Source: Chloroflexota bacterium | GTDB taxonomy: Bacteria > Chloroflexota > Anaerolineae > Caldilineales > Caldilineaceae | DNA length: 10,936 nucleotides | Direction of reading: 5' to 3' | Assembly (NCBI GenBank): GCA_026389895.1 | Contig: JAPLGZ010000191.1 | Coordinates: 1-10,936, forward strand | Part shown: positions 1 to 6,571 of the stretch, one piece after another | Layout: each line of letters begins with the position of its first letter | Numbering within the stretch: position 1 is the first letter of the stretch | Position numbers and translations under genes: made by a program | Notes under the pieces: model-generated | The model's input: only the letters and a program-made list of their open reading frames with translations | Databases searched by the model: none | Told to the model about the DNA's origin: nothing

Positions 1-266
1 AAAGGTTAGTTACCATTATCGAATACGCTTGATGACCTAGTGATTGATACGCTCAATGCGGCTTGATCATGCTGAATTCACCAATTGTATATGCGCAGCA
101 CCGAAAGAAAAACTTTCTTAGCTCATCAAATGTTCCTGGCAACCCCTGCTCATTTTTAATCGCCTGCTTGTTGGCAAACCATCAGATTTCGCTTAGGGCT
201 GTAATTCTACCTCCATTATATCCGTAATGTACGGGCATAGCAATCCCTAAATTTATTATCGGCAAC

Positions 267-1307
267 TCAAGTAACGGGCAACAACCAAATGCGCGCCGCG
301 GGTAAGCGAATAGCGATCTGCGCGCCCGCTGGCAGGTGCAGGTTAGCCGGACCGTGCGCTAGCCAAGGTTGGCCATTCACCTGGAGTTGCACCTGTGTGT
401 AGGCGCCCATATAGACACTCGACAAGACAGGGACATAGAGCAGGTTATCAGTAGCCGTTGGATGGAGTTGAATCTCCTCGGGGCGCACACTCAACAGAAC
501 GGGACCATCAGGCTGATTCACTTGTTCTAGATCAACCTCTAAACGGCCCAACGCGGTCTCGACTTGATTTTGCCGTTTGACGCCCAGTAAAAAATTATCA
601 TTGCGAAAAAAACGCGCAATCGGCGCGGTGCGCGGCCGTTCGTAAAAAGCCTGCGGCGCCGCGTATTGCTGCAAGGCGCCATCAAAGATCAAGGCGACGC
701 GGTCGGCCAACATCACAGCCTCTTCCTGGTCATGGGTGACAAAGAGCGTGGTGATTTTTAGTTCACGCTGCAATTTTCGGATCAAGGCGCGCATTTCCAA
801 CCGTAAATTGGCATCTAAATTCGCCAACGGTTCGTCCAGCAGGAGCACACGCGGCTGGATCACCAGGGCCCGCGCCAGGGCAATGCGTTGTTGCTGACCA
901 CCCGACAATTCGTGGGCCCGTCGCCGCTCAAAGCCGGGCAGCCGCACTAATTCGAGCATTTCACCCACCCGCTGGCGAATTTCTGCGGGTTTCACGCCTT
1001 GCATTTTCAGACCAAAACCAATATTTTGCGCCACATCCATGGTCGGGAAAAGCAGATGCTTTTGGAAGACCATCACGGCACCACGTTGCTCGGCTGGCAC
1101 CTTTAGCATCGATTTCCCATCGAATTGGACATCGCCAGCGCTCGGGGCCAACAACCCGGCGATCATCCGCATGGTAGTTGTTTTGCCACAACCCGAAGGC
1201 CCCAGCAAGGCCACCAGTTCACCGGAATTAATTGCCAGATCAAGTTGCTCGACCGCCTTCACGTGGCCAAAATGTCGGGTCAACTGCACTAAGTTTACTG
1301 CTGTCAT
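267..1307 (-). CDS. ABC transporter ATP-binding protein (PotA/FbpC-type importer ATPase with a C-terminal regulatory/TOBE-like extension)
   Basis: Walker A GPSGCGKTT, ABC signature LSGGQQQRIALARAL, Walker B LLLDEP and H-loop VTHD are all present in the translation. The start ATG at 1305-1307 overlaps the stop of the upstream permease (ATGA), implying translational coupling. The 346-aa length fits an ATPase domain plus a C-terminal domain. Confidence 0.9.
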   Translation of the reverse strand: MTAVNLVQLTRHFGHVKAVEQLDLAINSGELVALLGPSGCGKTTTMRMIAGLLAPSAGDVQFDGKSMLKVPAEQRGAVMVFQKHLLFPTMDVAQNIGFGLKMQGVKPAEIRQRVGEMLELVRLPGFERRRAHELSGGQQQRIALARALVIQPRVLLLDEPLANLDANLRLEMRALIRKLQRELKITTLFVTHDQEEAVMLADRVALIFDGALQQYAAPQAFYERPRTAPIARFFRNDNFLLGVKRQNQVETALGRLEVDLEQVNQPDGPVLLSVRPEEIQLHPTATDNLLYVPVLSSVYMGAYTQVQLQVNGQPWLAHGPANLHLPAGAQIAIRLPAARIWLLPVT

Positions 1308-2107
1308 AGCCGCCCTAGACCGTTCATCGCGCTGGCTTCTTGGTGTAGCGAACGCGCCGTAAAGATAAAGATAACAATGGCCGGCAAAATGAAGACAACA
1401 CTAATGGCGGCTGCATTAGGATGATTAGACGCGCTGATAAAGGGGAAAAGCACCATTGGCAGTGTGACAATCCTGCCGCCACCAATCAAAACGGTGGTGA
1501 TATACTGGCTCCAAGAGACCAGAAAGGTGAACAGTGCGGCAATGAGTAGGCCAGGGAAAATGGCGGGCAGGGTGATATACCAAAAGGTGCGCCATTCATT
1601 CGCGCCCAAGGTGCGGGCCGTCTCTTCCAAAGCGGTATCGTAATTGGCAAAGACCCCGCTCATGACCAAGATAAAGTAGGGCAGCGCCGGGACAAGATGA
1701 ATTAACACCACCCCAGCAAATGTATCAGCCAATCCATAGCGAATAAACAGGATGTGGATCCCCATCACGACCACCAAACCGGGCACGATCATCGGGGCCA
1801 TGATCAGCCATTCCAGCACTCGTTTGCCGCGAAAGTGATGCAAACTCAAGGCGCGCGCCGCCGGCAAGCCGATCAACACAGATAAGATCACCACGGCCAG
1901 GGCCAGGCTGGCGCTATTCAACCAGGCTTCCCCGACTTTCGCAGTCGGTGAAATTAGATAAAGCCAAGCCCGCCAGCCCCATTTTTGGGGTAAGAGACTG
2001 GGAAAGAACCAGTTATAAGCAAATGACCAGACAAATTGGGGCAAAATCGGCAACAATACGCCAAGCACAAGGCCAACGATCAGGAGCCAACGGAAGAATT
2101 TATGCAT
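1304..2107 (-). CDS. ABC transporter permease (second transmembrane subunit, PotC-like position)
   Basis: 267 aa and very hydrophobic with multiple predicted TM helices. Contains an EAA-like motif region (EETARTLGANEWRTFWYITLPA) typical of importer permeases. Lies 2 nt downstream of the first permease and overlaps the ATPase start. Confidence 0.85.
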   Translation of the reverse strand: MHKFFRWLLIVGLVLGVLLPILPQFVWSFAYNWFFPSLLPQKWGWRAWLYLISPTAKVGEAWLNSASLALAVVILSVLIGLPAARALSLHHFRGKRVLEWLIMAPMIVPGLVVVMGIHILFIRYGLADTFAGVVLIHLVPALPYFILVMSGVFANYDTALEETARTLGANEWRTFWYITLPAIFPGLLIAALFTFLVSWSQYITTVLIGGGRIVTLPMVLFPFISASNHPNAAAISVVFILPAIVIFIFTARSLHQEASAMNGLGRL

Positions 2108-2109
2108 AA

Positions 2110-2982
2110 TTATCGAAAGAGTAATCCGTCATGTTGTCTCCGCTGTGCATAACGGCGATAGACGGCCAGCAAGGCAATGACAATGGTCGTGATGATCATC
2201 CCAATGGCCATCGCGGTCGGACGCTGCTGCAAGTCGGGATCGATGTAGGCGCGGTAAGCCATCACCGGCAAGGTGTTCGGGTATCGTTGCCCCAATAACA
2301 AGGGCACCTCAAAACTGCCAAACGTGTAGGCAAAGACGATCACCGAAGTTGAGACAAGGCCAGGCATGAGCAACGGCAACAGGATGTAGCGAAAACGCTG
2401 CCATGGATTCGCGCCGAGTGTACGCGCCATCTCTTCATATTCTTGGCTCACCCCACGGAGCACCGCCAATACCACCAACCCAATAAAAGGGGTCTCTTTC
2501 CAGACATAGACGAGGATCGTGGCCACATTCCAACGATCAAAGACCAACACGGGAAATTGCGCCGGTTGCGTCAGCCAGCCCACGCTGTAGATCAGGCGGG
2601 CGAGCAACCCACTTTGGGTGAGCAAGAGAACAAAGCCTGCGGCCGCCACCATATGTGGCACGGGCAGTGGAATTTGAAAGATCAACGTGACCAGACGATG
2701 GCCATAAAAATTTTGGCGCAAAAGCAACGCTGCGGCCACCGCCAACACCATAGCAAGGCCAGTGCTGACCAAGGAGATATAGAGCGTCAGCAACAACGCA
2801 GAACGAAAACCCTCATCGGTTAAAACAGCCAGGTAATGGCGCAGGGTGGGCACTCGCAACCCAATCACCGGCATATAGTCAAGACTTTGCCCTAACCCCA
2901 CCACAACGCCGCCCACAAAGAGGAGGAGGATAACGGCGAGTGCGGGGCCAAGCATGAGTGTGAGGCGTAATTGGTTAGGCAT
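2110..2982 (-). CDS. ABC transporter permease (first transmembrane subunit, PotB-like position)
   Basis: 290-aa hydrophobic protein with a permease EAA-like motif (EEMARTLGANPWQRFRYILLPLL). ATG at 2980-2982. No obvious Shine-Dalgarno; a perfect hairpin lies just upstream. Confidence 0.85.
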   Translation of the reverse strand: MPNQLRLTLMLGPALAVILLLFVGGVVVGLGQSLDYMPVIGLRVPTLRHYLAVLTDEGFRSALLLTLYISLVSTGLAMVLAVAAALLLRQNFYGHRLVTLIFQIPLPVPHMVAAAGFVLLLTQSGLLARLIYSVGWLTQPAQFPVLVFDRWNVATILVYVWKETPFIGLVVLAVLRGVSQEYEEMARTLGANPWQRFRYILLPLLMPGLVSTSVIVFAYTFGSFEVPLLLGQRYPNTLPVMAYRAYIDPDLQQRPTAMAIGMIITTIVIALLAVYRRYAQRRQHDGLLFR

Positions 2983-3000
2983 AGCTAGAACAGGGGTTGT

Positions 3001-3043
3001 GTGATGAATGATGAGTGATGTATCAACTCACTCATCATTCATC
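3001..3043 (-). promoter_or_regulatory. Perfect intercistronic stem-loop (17-bp stem, 9-nt loop) between the binding-protein gene and the first permease gene
   Basis: Positions 3001-3017 (tgatgaatgatgagtga) are the exact reverse complement of 3027-3043 (tcactcatcattcatca). Located 7 nt after the SBP stop (3050-3052) and 18 nt before the permease ATG. Not followed by a U-tract on the transcribed strand. This is the typical position of mRNA-stabilising or attenuating hairpins that raise SBP:permease expression ratios. Confidence 0.55.
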
Positions 3044-3049
3044 AGCTGA

Positions 3050-4324
3050 TTACTTTTTTAACACATTCGCCGTCCAACCATCATCAATGGGCTTTACCCA
3101 GCTCGCGCGCGCTTCGGGAATGGCGTGGCTGCTCAACACATCGGAGGGTAAGGTAGCCACGCCACGCGGTGTCTTCGCCAGTTGCGCCTGCTCTTCAGCG
3201 CTCAGGCGCGTCGGGTCGATGGCCACCATCCATCCAAGCCCCGTCTCAGGATCGGTCAGGGCGATCTGATAGTCGGGCGAAGCGAGCAAATTGGCTAAGA
3301 CCAGCGCGCCCGCCGGATTATTGGCATTATACGGGATCCCGACATAGCTGACATTAGCCAGGGTGCCGCTATCAAAGACAAAGGTGCGCATACTATCGGG
3401 ATATTGGCCGGACTTGATGTAGGTCGAAGCGCGGTTAGCGTCATATTCCATATTAAAGTCGATCTCACCATTTGCGATCAAATCGGTCATCGCCGCCAAC
3501 TCAGGATAGGTGTCGCCGGCATGCCACAAATTGGGCTTAATGGCGTTCAAATAATCCCAGACTTGAGGCGCCACTTTGTCATAGGCGGCCTGGTCAAATT
3601 CTTGCAGAAAAATATCTGGGCTGCCTGCCGCCCAATAGAAAAGCTGCCGTACAAAGGCGCTGCCCACATGATTGGGCGGTGCTGGATAGGTAAAACGGCC
3701 AGGGTGTTGCGCGATCCAGGTTTTTAAGGCCTCAAAAGTCTTGGGCGGGGTTTGGACATTTTTGGTATTATACTCCATCACCCATTGAAAACTAGCCCAG
3801 GGCGCTTCGTAACCGTCCACCTTTTGGCCGAAGTCATAGGCCAGCGCGGGGTTATCCCAATTAACAAATTTGCGATTGGGCAGTAGGTCGGTAAAAGGCC
3901 CATAGAGTAGATTGGCCTCCTTCAACGTGCGAAAGTTTTCGCCGTTGATCCAGATCAGATCGATGCTACCGCCGTGCGCTTTGCCCGCCGCCTTTTCATT
4001 CAGCACTTTGTTGACCGCGTCGGCCGTATTTTCCACCGGCACACGATTTAGGGTAATGCCATATTGCTCCTTGAGGGGACCACCAATCGCCGTATCCACA
4101 TGTGCGTTGATCGTGTCTGAGCCGCCCCACATAAACCAATTAACCGTGGTCCCTTTGGCGGCGCTCAGCACATCGTCCCAGTTTGTATATTTGGGCACAG
4201 TTGTCTGTGGGCTCGGTTGCGAGGCATTGCCCGTAGGTTCGGCTGGTGCAATACAACCAGTCAGCAGTGTGATGACAACAACCAACACCAGGCTTGCAAA
4301 AGTCAGCCGTTTTTTAAACAACAT
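3050..4324 (-). CDS. ABC transporter substrate-binding lipoprotein (extracellular solute-binding protein, family-1-like)
   Basis: N-terminal signal peptide with lipobox LLTGC (MLFKKRLTFASLVLVVVITLLTGC). 424 aa. Shine-Dalgarno GGAGA lies 6 nt upstream of the ATG at 4322-4324. First gene of the SBP-permease-permease-ATPase operon. Confidence 0.85.
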   Translation of the reverse strand: MLFKKRLTFASLVLVVVITLLTGCIAPAEPTGNASQPSPQTTVPKYTNWDDVLSAAKGTTVNWFMWGGSDTINAHVDTAIGGPLKEQYGITLNRVPVENTADAVNKVLNEKAAGKAHGGSIDLIWINGENFRTLKEANLLYGPFTDLLPNRKFVNWDNPALAYDFGQKVDGYEAPWASFQWVMEYNTKNVQTPPKTFEALKTWIAQHPGRFTYPAPPNHVGSAFVRQLFYWAAGSPDIFLQEFDQAAYDKVAPQVWDYLNAIKPNLWHAGDTYPELAAMTDLIANGEIDFNMEYDANRASTYIKSGQYPDSMRTFVFDSGTLANVSYVGIPYNANNPAGALVLANLLASPDYQIALTDPETGLGWMVAIDPTRLSAEEQAQLAKTPRGVATLPSDVLSSHAIPEARASWVKPIDDGWTANVLKK

Positions 4325-4399
4325 ACTTATCTCCTACGTCAATGTGGTAGAGGTGGCAAATGATGATTTGAAGTTAGGAACAGTTGCGGATGAAGCTTA

Positions 4400-4560
4400 C
4401 TTGTCGCAACAGAATTTGACGTACTCCCGCGACTCAAGTCGAGGGATTCTAGGGTCAGACGGCAATTGCTGTACGAGACAGTCTGACATCGCCTAACCTA
4501 AGAGAAGACGCCCCTTCTCTATGAATATTTAGAGCAGCGTTTAGATCACGGTTATGGATA
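4400..4560 (-). ncRNA. Predicted TnpB guide-RNA (omega/reRNA) locus: 3' end of tnpB plus the right-end region
   Basis: By analogy with characterised TnpB systems, the omega RNA derives from the tnpB 3' end and the right end of the IS. This stretch is rich in hairpins: GTCAGAC-N20-GTCTGAC at 4454-4487, spanning the tnpB stop and enclosing the palindrome GCAATTGC; GTTGCG-N20-CGCAAC at 4385-4416; and the right-end hairpin at 4426-4445. Transcript ends are not determinable from sequence alone. Confidence 0.3.
4426..4445 (-). repeat. IS right-end subterminal hairpin (cccgCGACTcaAGTCGaggg)
   Basis: Imperfect hairpin whose core CGACT/AGTCG and downstream GGATTCT match the left-end hairpin at 6094-6120 in the same orientation. 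Confidence 0.5.
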
Positions 4561-5603
4561 ACACCACAACCAGGACAAGCCCATTGCCGCTCAGACAGTT
4601 TCAAATCATGCTTAATATGGCCGCAGTCAGAGCAAGTCTTGCTCGACGGATAGAAACGATCAATCAGATGAACAAGCTTACCTTTGGTGGATGCAACATA
4701 CCCCAAAATGCCCATGAACTCAGAACGAGCAAGGTCGCCTACTTGGCGACCCCACAGGGCTTCGGGTACCCTCTGGGTGCCCTTCATGTTCAAATCTTCA
4801 AAGTACAGTTGATCGAACTTATCGGTCAATTCGTGGGCCAGCGTGAAGAACCAATCACGGCGCTTGTTGACCACCGTCTGATGAATGCGCGTGACAACCA
4901 TTCTGGCTTTCTTCCATCGACCGGAAAACTTGACCTTGCGGGCCATGTTTTGTTGAGCAAGTTTCAATTCGGTCATTGCTTCCCGAAAGTACAACGGGCT
5001 TTCAATATCTTCACCGATGGATGGTTTCAAGAAGACTTTCAGACCAAAGTCAAAGCCTGCGCTGTTACCCGTCATAGCCTGATTGATTTGGCTTGTTTCT
5101 TCTTGCACCACAAAGTAGAGATAGAGATGGCCCAACGTATCCCGCTTGACTGTAACTGTTTTAACAGCGAGTGGGATGTCACGACTCTTGCTAAACTTGT
5201 AAACCATGCCCTGAATATAGATTTTGTTGCCGTCCAACAACTTCCAGCCAGCTTGCTTCAAGGTGAACGACGTATAGCGTTTGACTTTCTTGAAACCTGG
5301 CGGGGATGTTCTAACCTTGCGCTTAAGATTGCCGAAGAACAGTTTATAGGCTTTGTCAATGCGTTGCGTGATGTCCTGAATCGCCTGGCTACCTACCTTG
5401 CCCCAATACGCGTACTTAGGCAGCTTCTTGAGTTTGGCAAGATGTTTTTGCAAGTCGTACAGGTTCAAGCTTTTGCCAGTCAACTTGTAGTAGCGCCGAT
5501 GCAAAGCAATGGCATGATTCCAGATAATCCCAGAAATGTCGATCTGCTGATGCAGGTGCTTATTCTTTTTCGACTGGTAGAGTTTGAACTTGTACGTTCG
5601 CAT
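4455..5603 (-). CDS. tnpB: TnpB (IS605 OrfB-family RNA-guided endonuclease)
   Basis: 382 aa. Has RuvC-I (AGFDFGLK), RuvC-II (TLAHELTDKFD with Glu), a zinc finger CSDCG...CPGCG, and RuvC-III (HNRDLNAALNI). The catalytic D/E/D residues all appear present. The start overlaps the 3' end of tnpA, as in IS605-type elements. Confidence 0.9.
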   Translation of the reverse strand: MRTYKFKLYQSKKNKHLHQQIDISGIIWNHAIALHRRYYKLTGKSLNLYDLQKHLAKLKKLPKYAYWGKVGSQAIQDITQRIDKAYKLFFGNLKRKVRTSPPGFKKVKRYTSFTLKQAGWKLLDGNKIYIQGMVYKFSKSRDIPLAVKTVTVKRDTLGHLYLYFVVQEETSQINQAMTGNSAGFDFGLKVFLKPSIGEDIESPLYFREAMTELKLAQQNMARKVKFSGRWKKARMVVTRIHQTVVNKRRDWFFTLAHELTDKFDQLYFEDLNMKGTQRVPEALWGRQVGDLARSEFMGILGYVASTKGKLVHLIDRFYPSSKTCSDCGHIKHDLKLSERQWACPGCGVIHNRDLNAALNIHREGASSLRLGDVRLSRTAIAV

Positions 5604-6000
5604 TGGTTCTTCTGTTCTTCGATATAACGTCTAATCGTTTCGGCTGAAATATGCCCAACCGACTCCCAATAATACGAACGAGTCCAGAGGGTAGGTAGAC
5701 CAGATTTGAGTTTAGGAAACTCAGCGCGAAGCTTAAACGATGAATAACTTTTTAGTTGCTGTATGATGTAATGCGGCCCATGAATCGGTTTTGTTTTCAC
5801 AAAGAGATGCACATGATCAGGCAGGATTTCCATCGTATCGATAATCAAGCCAAGTTCGGTTGCCTTCTCACTCAACAGTTCTTTTAACCTGCTTGCAACC
5901 TGATCAACGAGCACTTTGCGCCGATACTTTGGAGACCAAATCGATGATAACCAATGTTATAAACTGCCTTATTGCTAGTGATCCAACGTTCGTTTATCAT
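5480..6000 (-). pseudogene. tnpA: IS200/IS605 TnpA (Y1 HUH transposase) with a 1-nt frameshift near codon 19. The longest intact ORF (5480-5914) starts at an internal GTG
   Basis: The 144-aa ORF has the HUH motif (DHVHLFV) and the catalytic Tyr region (RSYYWESVG). Immediately upstream in the same frame lies IWSPKYRRKVL (consensus VWCPKYRRKVL), preceded by a stop. The missing N-terminus (ATG at 5998-6000, MINERWITSNKAVYNIGYH) is in the +1 frame. The two frames join at GGT TAT CAT | CG ATT TGG (around 5942-5946). One extra nucleotide there would restore YH-x-IWSPKYRR. The result could be a genuine inactivation or a sequencing error. Confidence 0.6.
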
Positions 6001-6093
6001 GACAGAAGGATACCAGAATATTATACATCGTCAAATAGATAATGTTTTGGCGTATACTATCAACTTCCAAAGCCAGCAGGCTTTGCCGCATTC

Positions 6094-6120
6094 ATCCTAC
6101 GACTAAAGTCGAATTAGGAT
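6094..6120 (-). repeat. IS left-end subterminal hairpin (atcctaCGACTaaAGTCGaattaggat)
   Basis: Outer stem ATCCTA/TAGGAT and inner stem CGACT/AGTCG. The same core motif occurs at the right end. Lies about 95 bp upstream of the tnpA start. Confidence 0.5.
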
Positions 6121-6145
6121 TTCTGCGGGTAGGATCGTAAAACAG

Positions 6146-6191
6146 GCTAAAGGCTTTACAAATACAACTGTAAAGCCTTTAGCGTTTTGTT
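6146..6191 (-). terminator. Intrinsic terminator of the flotillin gene. The perfect 15-bp stem is bidirectional in appearance
   Basis: 6146-6160 (gctaaaggctttaca) is the exact reverse complement of 6169-6183, with an 8-nt loop. On the minus-strand transcript the stem is followed by CUGUUUUAC. On the plus strand it is followed by GUUUUGUU. It starts 22 nt after the flotillin stop codon (6206-6208). Confidence 0.55.
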
Positions 6192-6205
6192 ATGCGACTC
6201 CACCT

Positions 6206-6502
6206 CTACGCGGCCGGCTTCTCACCCGCATCATTCTTCTTGTCCTGTTGACTGGCCGCCAGACTTGCGTAAATCTGATTGCGCAGCGCCTCCACCTGCG
6301 GCGAACGGACCGCATTGGCGTCGGGGTTGACCGACACGCCCATCCGATCAGACAACAGGATCGCCAGCAACCCTTGCATTAAGTTGTTCTGGCTGCCGTC
6401 CTGACCGTTGCCACCACCACCGCTGATTACGACGCGGGGCACTACGTCCACACCGGCCACTTGAATCGCCTCGGCGAAACGATTCATCACTTGTTGTGTC
6501 AC
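6206..6502 (-). CDS. C-terminal fragment of flotillin-family protein, out of frame with the upstream ORF because of a 50-bp duplication
   Basis: The 98-aa ORF starts at GTG. Its first 10 residues (MTQQVMNRFA) repeat the end of the 599-aa ORF. The remainder (EAIQVAGVDVVPRVVISGGG...) matches the conserved flotillin C-terminal tail pattern (..LP.IA...PL....V.V.SG..). No ribosome-binding site of its own. Confidence 0.6.
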   Translation of the reverse strand: MTQQVMNRFAEAIQVAGVDVVPRVVISGGGGNGQDGSQNNLMQGLLAILLSDRMGVSVNPDANAVRSPQVEALRNQIYASLAASQQDKKNDAGEKPAA

Positions 6503-6571
6503 CTGGTATTGCGGGCCACCACGGCGAAACGATTCATCACTTGTTGTGTCACCTGGTATTGCGGGCCACCA
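6472..6571. repeat. Perfect 50-bp tandem duplication (2 x cggcgaaacgattcatcacttgttgtgtcacctggtattgcgggccacca)
   Basis: 6472-6521 is identical to 6522-6571 base for base. The flanking bases differ (6471 t vs 6521 a; 6522 c vs 6572 t). 50 is not a multiple of 3, so the second copy shifts the reading frame of the gene it lies in. Confidence 0.95.

Larger units (their letters stand above)
4417..6139 (-). mobile_element. IS200/IS605-family insertion sequence (tnpA-tnpB type). Boundaries are estimates to within a few tens of bp
   Basis: Contains a Y1/HUH transposase ORF (tnpA) overlapping a TnpB ORF, both on the minus strand. A shared subterminal motif CGACT-N2-AGTCG, flanked by GGATT/AATCC-like arms, occurs in the same orientation near both ends (plus 6094-6120 and 4426-4445). 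Direct orientation of the end hairpins is the IS200/IS605 hallmark. The internal region is visibly more AT-rich than the flanking genes. The boundaries assume the usual placement of the cleavage sites about 19 nt and 10 nt outside the hairpins. Confidence 0.6.

Noticed and set aside
2443-2823. 126-aa plus-strand ORF inside the first permease gene. Also 961-1191 (-), 1039-1362 (+), 3015-3351 (+) and 3404-4496 (+)
   Set aside because: They overlap strongly supported ABC transporter genes on the opposite strand or in another frame. There are no ribosome-binding sites, and the amino-acid composition is implausible.
5860-6042. 60-aa plus-strand ORF at the tnpA 5' region
   Set aside because: It lies antisense to the tnpA N-terminal coding region and left end. 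It is short and has no ribosome-binding site.
6472-6571. Possibility that the 2 x 50-bp repeat is a CRISPR-like or minisatellite array
   Set aside because: There are only two copies, directly abutting with no spacer. The repeat lies wholly inside a coding sequence and encodes the conserved flotillin residues. It is a simple tandem duplication.
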